Notes under the pieces: generated by a model
The model's input: the letters and a program-made list of their open reading frames with translations, nothing else
Told to the model about the DNA's origin: nothing
Database searches by the model: none
Shown here: positions 57,707 to 64,000 of the stretch, piece after piece
Layout of the letters: each line of letters starts with the position of its first letter
Numbering within the stretch: position 1 is the first letter of the stretch
Program-made: the position numbers and the translations under genes
Origin: Patescibacteria group bacterium
Lineage (GTDB): Bacteria; Patescibacteriota; Patescibacteriia; UBA9570
DNA: 64,000 bases
Direction of reading: 5' to 3'
NCBI GenBank assembly: GCA_041665365.1
Contig: JBAYIY010000005.1
Coordinates: 5,946-69,945, forward strand

Positions 57707-58341
57707 TATTGTAGATAGCGTCTAATATAAACCAGTACCAACGCTAATATCCAACCGGCGATTAAAGCTGCCACAGTAATTAATGTCACATTAGTTTCTT
57801 GATACACTACCACCGGCGTGAAGGCTTTTAATGCAAATAAACTGTGATTATTAGTATCCAATTGCGCGTCAGTTACTTCACGGGCTAATACCTTAGTCAT
57901 GGCATTAGCTAAATTAGTGGCCTCGTCAGAATAATACCGGCTGAAGGTAACAGTAAACTCTTGCGATGAATCTTGATCGGTGCGAAATTGACTGGTGAAT
58001 TGAGAAACATTGTCAATGGTATAGCCTAAACCAGCCGTCTCATAAATTTTACTAATCACAGCCGGGCTGCGCAGTAAACTCATGACATGTTGCGTGAATA
58101 ACTCGGCGCCTTTGAGATCGTAATACGAACCATATTGATAATCTGATGTCGGTGAACGATTAACCAATTTTAATTCGTAACTCTGAATAGCTTTATAAGT
58201 AGACGGTCGTTTACTGGCTATCCCAAAAGCCACCACGGCCACAACCACGCCAAACAGAATAATAAATATGATGGAGTGACGAATTAGTGAGATATGATCT
58301 TTTAAATGTGTGGTTGACATAGCCTTATAGTAACGAATCAA
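57706..58341 (-). CDS. polysaccharide co-polymerase (Wzz/CapA-like chain-length determinant), short form
   Basis: 211 aa. One TM helix near the N-terminus (IIFIILFGVVVAVVAFGIA) and one at the C-terminus (LITVAALIAGWILALVLVYI), a PCP-like topology, with flanking GT4 genes. Confidence 0.45.
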   Translation of the reverse strand: MIRYYKAMSTTHLKDHISLIRHSIIFIILFGVVVAVVAFGIASKRPSTYKAIQSYELKLVNRSPTSDYQYGSYYDLKGAELFTQHVMSLLRSPAVISKIYETAGLGYTIDNVSQFTSQFRTDQDSSQEFTVTFSRYYSDEATNLANAMTKVLAREVTDAQLDTNNHSLFALKAFTPVVVYQETNVTLITVAALIAGWILALVLVYIRRYLQ

Positions 58342-59438
58342 TGATTAAGTGTAAACTCACGATAGGCGTTTTCCACGTACGCCTTAATTTTTGTTTGAAA
58401 TTGTTCAGTGGAAAAAGTTAGAGCAAAATCACGAATTGTCTGTGGCTGGTATTTAGTATGATCAAACCGAATGACCATGTCAGCCAAATCTTCCCAGGTT
58501 TGATAGTCGAAAAACTCGCCCGTCACACCAGGCTGAACAATTTCTTGCGCCCCACCGGCGCGATAGGCAATAATTGGTCGCCCTGAGGCCATTGCTTCAA
58601 CCATGGTAATACCAAAATCCTCGATTTGTGGATTAATAAAAGCCATACAACCTTGATATAGTTTAGCTAACTCAGCATCATCAACCCGACCAACGAATAC
58701 AATATTATCACTAGCCAAAGCACGCAAATGATCCAGTTCTGGACCGGTGCCAAAAACAACCAACTTGCGGCCTAAATGTTTAAAGGCTTCCACTACCAAA
58801 TCAAACCGTTTGTACGCCACAATGCGGCCACCGGTTAAAAAATAATCTTTCACCTCACCAATACTAAATTGTTTATTATCAACTGGCGGATAAATAATCG
58901 GCGCCGTTTTATGATAATATTTATTGATGCGGTTACGCACCAAGGTTGAATTAGCCAAAAACTGATCCACACGATCAGCGGCTAATTTATCCCACATCCG
59001 CACATACGTTAAAAAGAACGGCAAGAAACGTTTTACTAACCAGTTGACCTCTAATTCTTGCACATAATCGTGCGTATCACTCCATAAATAACGCGTGGGA
59101 GTATGACAATAACAAATATGTAATGTATCAGGCCGGGTGATAACACCCTTGGCAAAAGAGGCTGTGCTGGAAAGAATCACATCATATTCCATCAAATCAT
59201 AACTTTCCACAGCACTGGGCATGACTGGGAAAAACCACTGATAATGTTTTACGCCACCTGGCCAATGCTGCAAAAATGACGTCCGAATATCTTTATCCCG
59301 AAACGCGGCATTGGCGGCTTGTTTGTTATGCACTAACACATAAGTCGGCGCTTCCGGCCAAATTTGTTGAAAGGCGGCTAAGACTTTTTCGGCACCACCG
59401 TCTTGAGCCAGATGATCATGCACTAAGGCTAATTTCAT
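58338..59438 (-). CDS. glycosyltransferase family 4
   Basis: GT4 motif EDFGITMVEAMASGRPIIA. Confidence 0.75.
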   Translation of the reverse strand: MKLALVHDHLAQDGGAEKVLAAFQQIWPEAPTYVLVHNKQAANAAFRDKDIRTSFLQHWPGGVKHYQWFFPVMPSAVESYDLMEYDVILSSTASFAKGVITRPDTLHICYCHTPTRYLWSDTHDYVQELEVNWLVKRFLPFFLTYVRMWDKLAADRVDQFLANSTLVRNRINKYYHKTAPIIYPPVDNKQFSIGEVKDYFLTGGRIVAYKRFDLVVEAFKHLGRKLVVFGTGPELDHLRALASDNIVFVGRVDDAELAKLYQGCMAFINPQIEDFGITMVEAMASGRPIIAYRAGGAQEIVQPGVTGEFFDYQTWEDLADMVIRFDHTKYQPQTIRDFALTFSTEQFQTKIKAYVENAYREFTLNH

Positions 59439-60862
59439 AGAGCTTTACGTTTTTGCAATAAAATAAAGGGCGTCTTAAAAATAATATATAAATCTAATAT
59501 AATGCTCCAATTCTCCATGTAATAAGTATCTAATCTGATTTCATCAATAAACTCTAGGTCTGAGCGTCCGGAAATTTGCGCCATGCCGGTAACACCTGGC
59601 TTCATACTTAAAATTGATTTTTGGGCATCGGCATATTTTTCTACCTCGCGCGGTTGATGTGGGCGTGGGCCAACTACACTCATCTCCCCTTTTAATACAT
59701 TAATGAACTGAGGAAACTCATCTAAAGATAATTGTCGAATAATCCGTCCAACTCTGGTCACCCGTGGATCATCTTTAATTTTATAAACCGGGCCAGCTTT
59801 AATACTCTGTTCAGCAATTAATTTTTTTTCTAAGTCTAACGCTTCAGCATTGTGGCTATATTGCTCCCCGATACAATATTCTTGTTTCATGGAACGAAAT
59901 TTCAATGTATCAAAAAGTTTACCTTGTTCACCAACGCGCCGATTGCGATATATGACATTACCCGGTGAATCTAATTTCACAGCCAGCGCTGTTAATAACA
60001 TAATTGGACCAAACACAAGCAAAGCCAGTAAAGAAAATATTACATCAATCGTCCGTTTAAATATTTTACCCCAACCTTGCAACGGTGTGCGCTGCAATTC
60101 CATTAAGGGAATATCCGCTACCGGTCGCATCACTACATGAGATAATTTACTATCAAAAATATCCGCCGCATATTTGAACGCCAAATGATGGGTTTTACTG
60201 AAATCAATCAATTGCACAATTTGTTGTCGGGATAAATCTTGATCGGCCACAATAATTTCATCGATTTGTTTGACGCGCACAATCTTTTTTAATTTCTCAA
60301 CAATATCGGTGGAGAGGTGTTGGGCTCGTTCTACTACGACATAACCTAAAGTTGGACTGGTACGAAAAGCCTTATCTAAAATAGCCGCTGAGCGCGAGGC
60401 ACCCAGCAATAACACGCGATGTACCCCAATTCCCCGTTTGAACAAAGCCCGTTCCACTAAAATAACTACCAAACGAGCGCCTGATACTAATACGATGCTG
60501 ATTATCCAAGTTAATAAAATAATATAACGAGACGAAAATAAATCACGGTTAAAAAATAACACGATCATGATGATGAGTATTCCGGTGGAACTAGCTAGAA
60601 CAATTTTTCGTAATTCATCAACAATCCGTCTGGTGCCGGTTGTTTCATACATACCGTTCCAAGCAAAGATAACCACCATCAAGAACGCGCTAATAAACAA
60701 TAGCTTAATAAAATCCGTGTAAGGCAACGGATATTGTACGGCTCTAATACCGGTGACAAAATTCAAAAACCGGCTGTTGTAACTTAACCAACCAGATAAA
60801 ACTACTAAACAGTAGTCCAAAGGCACTAAGATACCTGCGATAATTAATTCGATTCTTTTCAT
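59435..60862 (-). CDS. undecaprenyl-phosphate sugar phosphotransferase (WbaP/EpsL 'bacterial sugar transferase' family)
   Basis: N-terminal TM helices, a central Rossmann-like domain, and the C-terminal catalytic domain with LDEFPQF...SVVGPRP. Confidence 0.8.
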   Translation of the reverse strand: MKRIELIIAGILVPLDYCLVVLSGWLSYNSRFLNFVTGIRAVQYPLPYTDFIKLLFISAFLMVVIFAWNGMYETTGTRRIVDELRKIVLASSTGILIIMIVLFFNRDLFSSRYIILLTWIISIVLVSGARLVVILVERALFKRGIGVHRVLLLGASRSAAILDKAFRTSPTLGYVVVERAQHLSTDIVEKLKKIVRVKQIDEIIVADQDLSRQQIVQLIDFSKTHHLAFKYAADIFDSKLSHVVMRPVADIPLMELQRTPLQGWGKIFKRTIDVIFSLLALLVFGPIMLLTALAVKLDSPGNVIYRNRRVGEQGKLFDTLKFRSMKQEYCIGEQYSHNAEALDLEKKLIAEQSIKAGPVYKIKDDPRVTRVGRIIRQLSLDEFPQFINVLKGEMSVVGPRPHQPREVEKYADAQKSILSMKPGVTGMAQISGRSDLEFIDEIRLDTYYMENWSIILDLYIIFKTPFILLQKRKAL

Positions 60863-60881
60863 GAAGTGATATTGCTACCAA

Positions 60882-61231
60882 CTCAAGTTGATCGATAAGC
60901 CGAATTCTGTCGTGGATGGCTATCTCTCTAGGCGAGCGACCAACCAGATTCGAGCAATTGCTTACCGCATCTGGAAATTTGCTCTTGCACCAAGAAGGGT
61001 TTACCACACAGTTATGTCACCATAACTGGAACAGTGTAGCCTTGCGACACCACTGTACTTTTCACCTTTCCCCTAAACTCAGCTCGCGCTGCGCTCAGGG
61101 TAGTATTGTCTCTGTGGCACTTTCCCTAACCTCACGGTTGGTTGCCGTTAGCAACTTCTTTTTTTGCTGGTGTTCGGACTTTCCTCCCAACTACGCCAAG
61201 GCTTCGTCGGGCAGCCATCTAATCAACTTGA
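60882..61231 (-). ncRNA. rnpB: RNase P RNA, bacterial type A
   Basis: Minus-strand read: 5' CUCAAGUUGAU...GGGAGGAAAGUCCGAACACC (P4 5' half, compare E. coli GAGGAAAGUCCGGGC) ... GGUGAAAAGUACAGUGGUGUCGCAAG ... CUAGAGAGAUAGCCAUCCACGACAGAAUUCGGCUUAUCGAUCAACUUGAG (compare E. coli CUAGAUGAAUGACUGUCCACGACAGAACCCGGCUUAUCGGUCAG). The P4 pairing AAGUCCGAA/UUCGGCUU covaries and P1 forms an 11-bp helix. The ends are approximate. Confidence 0.85.
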
Positions 61232-61250
61232 GTGCCTGGATTGTGCCAAG

Positions 61251-61667
61251 TTATGAGGATTTTGTCAACGCCTCATCAATGGCTTCATTCACTAACCGAT
61301 CAGCGTCTTTATTATATTCTCGCCGCACATGGGTAAAAGTAACCTTGTGGAATTTGGTGGTGAGATTCCACACTTTAAGAAATAGTTTTTGTAATTCCGG
61401 ATTTTTCACTTTATACTCACGCTTTAATTGTTTGACAGCTAATTCTGAATCCATAAAAAACTTGATCTCTTGTAATTGTGGATGATCTTGTTGATAAGCC
61501 ACGGCGGCTTCTAGCGCCAATATAATGGCAGTATACTCAGCTTGATTATTGGTAGCGTGACCCAAATATTTTTTAAATTCACCCAATTCAGGGCTATAAG
61601 CTCCACTAGCAGCCGGGCCAGGATTGCCGCGCGCACCACCGTCGGTAAAAAATGTAATAGTTGTCAT
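61251..61667 (-). CDS. rnhA: ribonuclease HI
   Basis: 138 aa. N-terminal ITFFTDGGARGNPGPAASGA (RNase H DxxG motif) and a conserved Asp/Glu/Asp arrangement. Confidence 0.8.
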   Translation of the reverse strand: MTTITFFTDGGARGNPGPAASGAYSPELGEFKKYLGHATNNQAEYTAIILALEAAVAYQQDHPQLQEIKFFMDSELAVKQLKREYKVKNPELQKLFLKVWNLTTKFHKVTFTHVRREYNKDADRLVNEAIDEALTKSS

Positions 61668-63091
61668 AAGTGTGCAGTGATATATTTTAAAACCATAGTT
61701 TCAGTATACAACTCAACCGGCGCTCGATTATCGGTTAAAACTTGGCGCGCTTGGCTGGGTGAAAAAGATGTAAAACCAGCATGAGAAAAATCTTGCCGTG
61801 ACGCTACCACAACATAGTTAAGCGAGTTCGGTACTGGTTTAATATACACGTACGGATACACCTGTTGCATGGTAGTCAACATAGTTTCAAATAACAGGGT
61901 ATGTTCACTAGTACTACCAATATTCATCGCCACTAAACCATTAGTGGGTTGTCGGGCGGCTAATTCCTCAAAAAACTCAACCGTCGTCATGTGCCAGGGA
62001 ATGTAATACTCATTAGTAAACACATCCATATAAATAATATCGTATTGTTGATCGGTGAATTTAATAAATTGCCGCCCATCGGCTATAACAATATTGATCG
62101 GTTGGTCATCCAAATGAAAGTATTTTTTTGCCACTCCTACTATTGCCGGATCAATTTCCACACCGGTGAGATGTAATGCCGGATACAGTGTAGTTAATTC
62201 ACGCGTTAATGTTCCTCCGGCTAAACCTAACACTAAAGTATTGTTTGGTTGTTCTAATAACTCTGGCACCTGCGCTAGATAATCATAATAACTATCAGTG
62301 TTTATCCCCTCTTTCATATAATAAGATTGCGTGCCTAAACCTTCATTGTACTGCAATAAATACCGATCCGGTTCTTCACTGACAACATAATATTGATAAT
62401 AAGTTTCACCTTGTTCAATAATATTTGTTTCGGCGCGTACGGGTATAGCGTAAAAAATTAGATACAAAACTATTGGTAATAATATTACTGGAATATATTT
62501 TATCTGGCGCAAACTTATCACTCCAATCAACGCCAATGAGAGAGCTGATAGATAAATAGTTTCTCTACTACCTAATAATGGCACGACTAAAAAAGCACTA
62601 CCAAACGTACCTAAAATACTTCCCATAGTAGACCAGGCATACAATGAACCAGCCGTAGCACCGGCGGTATTAATGTTAGATGTGGCCAGGCGAATCATAA
62701 ATGGGCTAACCATACCGAGTAAAAAAATCGGCAGGGCAAATAGGATTACTATTACCACGAACGAACCAATAATACTAAAAGCTAAACCAAACGTGAGGGG
62801 TCGAACCAAAAGATTGGTCATCACCGGTATTAAACTACTGGCGATACTGGCCAATAACACTAATAGACTAACCGTTTTTATATTTGGATAACGATCGGCT
62901 AATTTTCCGCCAACATAATAACCCAGTGAGAGTGCCATTAACACCACGCCGATAATATTTCCCCAGACAAAAATGGAGCTACCAAAAAATGGTGCCAATA
63001 AGCGCGAGGCGGCAAACTCCAACATCATCACGGCAGCCCCACACACAAACACATAAATGTTATAACCAAACTGTTTAGTGGTCATAACCAA
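61664..63091 (-). CDS. membrane-fused spermidine synthase-like aminopropyltransferase
   Basis: N-terminal ~200 aa with 6-7 TM helices. C-terminal spermidine synthase fold (VLGLAGGTLTREL, LTGVEIDPAIV, ADGRQFI, DIIYMDVF). Confidence 0.7.
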   Translation of the reverse strand: MVMTTKQFGYNIYVFVCGAAVMMLEFAASRLLAPFFGSSIFVWGNIIGVVLMALSLGYYVGGKLADRYPNIKTVSLLVLLASIASSLIPVMTNLLVRPLTFGLAFSIIGSFVVIVILFALPIFLLGMVSPFMIRLATSNINTAGATAGSLYAWSTMGSILGTFGSAFLVVPLLGSRETIYLSALSLALIGVISLRQIKYIPVILLPIVLYLIFYAIPVRAETNIIEQGETYYQYYVVSEEPDRYLLQYNEGLGTQSYYMKEGINTDSYYDYLAQVPELLEQPNNTLVLGLAGGTLTRELTTLYPALHLTGVEIDPAIVGVAKKYFHLDDQPINIVIADGRQFIKFTDQQYDIIYMDVFTNEYYIPWHMTTVEFFEELAARQPTNGLVAMNIGSTSEHTLLFETMLTTMQQVYPYVYIKPVPNSLNYVVVASRQDFSHAGFTSFSPSQARQVLTDNRAPVELYTETMVLKYITAHL

Positions 63092-64000
63092 TCTTCCACC
63101 ATAAATTGTAAATCCTTTCGATCATTCCAAACATTCATACCGATATGACCCACTAAATTAATTTTATCTCCTAAATGTAGCTGTTCAGCTTTATCGCCAT
63201 AACCAAACGCAATTACTTTAAGTTGATACTTGTCATCACCCAACACTAATCTAAGATGATTTTGTTTTTGACCCAACACTTGAAAATCCTTTACTGGCAC
63301 ATCATTTAATTTAAATAATGGTTCCCGATTCCCCTCGCCCCAGGGCTCAAGTTGTTGTAATTGCTCAAAGAAATCCCAAGTCACTTCTGATACAGTTAGT
63401 TCGGCTGCCAGTTCGATAACATGTTCGGTCGGTAAAGCCGCTAATTGATCTGCTACAGTAATTAAAAACTGTTTACTAAAAATGTCACGCGTCACATCTG
63501 ATAATAAACTAAAACCACAGGCCATGGCATGGCCACCATAACTAGCAAACTTATCTGACATGCGTTGTAAAGTATGAATCAAATCAACTCCAGGGACACT
63601 GCGCCCAGATCCAAACACTTTGCCTTGATTCAACGTCATAACAAAGGCCGGTTTGTGAAATTTAGAAACCAGTTTTCCCGCTACTAGTCCAATTAAACCA
63701 ATTGGCCAAGCGTCTGCAAAAACAAATACTACCGGCTGATCGGTTTGTGTGTCAGCTTGCAGTTTAGCCTCTTGATACATCGTCTCGGTTTGCTCCTGAC
63801 GAGACGTGTTCGTATCAGATAAATTTTGTGCTTCTAATGTAGCTTGCTCAGTAGATTCAGCTAACAACAGCGCCACGGCCATATTAGCATGATCAATTCT
63901 ACCCGCCGCATTGATCCAAGGCCCAATTTTGAAAGCAATACTACCGGTGGTTACCAGTGCAGCTGGTTTATGCGTTGCCGCAATCAAAGCTTGTAAACCT
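63082..64000 (-). CDS. recJ: single-stranded-DNA-specific exonuclease RecJ (C-terminal part; gene continues beyond the window end)
   Basis: DHHA1 block GGHAMACGFSL plus the RecJ OB-fold C-terminus. The ORF is open to the window edge, so the N-terminus is not in the window. Confidence 0.75.
   Translation of the reverse strand, partial: GLQALIAATHKPAALVTTGSIAFKIGPWINAAGRIDHANMAVALLLAESTEQATLEAQNLSDTNTSRQEQTETMYQEAKLQADTQTDQPVVFVFADAWPIGLIGLVAGKLVSKFHKPAFVMTLNQGKVFGSGRSVPGVDLIHTLQRMSDKFASYGGHAMACGFSLLSDVTRDIFSKQFLITVADQLAALPTEHVIELAAELTVSEVTWDFFEQLQQLEPWGEGNREPLFKLNDVPVKDFQVLGQKQNHLRLVLGDDKYQLKVIAFGYGDKAEQLHLGDKINLVGHIGMNVWNDRKDLQFMVEDWL

Noticed and set aside
60916-61485. 189-aa plus-strand ORF and the overlapping 87-aa minus-strand ORF (60744-61007) from the ORF track
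   Set aside because: They overlap the rnpB RNA gene (60882-61231) and the rnhA CDS. The rnpB call is supported by conserved P4 and 3'-end sequence and by covariation. These ORFs have no motifs and atypical composition.
1-64000. Scanned intergenic gaps for tRNA, rRNA and CRISPR arrays
   Set aside because: The only sizeable non-coding stretches (4413-4645, 10581-10690, 29653-29892, 33035-33156, 35771-35940, 37093-37195, 60863-61250) contain no cloverleaf-like acceptor/anticodon stems or repeat-spacer arrays that I could discern. Only the rnpB RNA was supported.

Overview
This is a low-GC (~40%) bacterial chromosomal window, densely coded and almost entirely minus-strand from ~4.4 kb to the end. 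By gene content it looks like a small-genome, possibly Candidate-Phyla-Radiation-like organism (inference). Recognisable housekeeping genes are a MacAB-type ABC efflux module, a PduO-type corrinoid adenosyltransferase, queG, secDF, secA, hpf, a dcw-like cell-wall block (murB, murC, a FolC-like Mur ligase, murG, ftsW, murJ), lepA, a polysaccharide locus (three GT4 glycosyltransferases, a Wzz-like co-polymerase, a WbaP-type priming transferase), an RNase P RNA (rnpB) that the ORF track does not show, RNase HI, a membrane-fused spermidine-synthase-like protein and a partial recJ. Accessory content is three FG-GAP repeat proteins (two of them tandem paralogs fused to a C-terminal L,D-transpeptidase domain), two Fic paralogs flanking an MFS transporter, and a RelE/ParE-Phd/YefM pair. 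The most unusual feature is a ~17-kb co-directional, translationally coupled minus-strand cluster (6458..23391). It opens with a near-consensus sigma-70 promoter and a sigma-70 region-4-only protein. It then encodes a membrane protein, a TraD/VirD4/HerA-like P-loop ATPase with an Arg-rich tail, a 923-aa protein of unknown function, and five tandem paralogs of a cysteine-rich double-zinc-ribbon protein family (~45 Cys each) that I cannot assign to a known family. A TrmB regulator and the toxin-antitoxin pair are interleaved with the paralogs, which share patches of identical DNA suggesting gene conversion. No CRISPR array, transposase, integrase, rRNA or tRNA was found.
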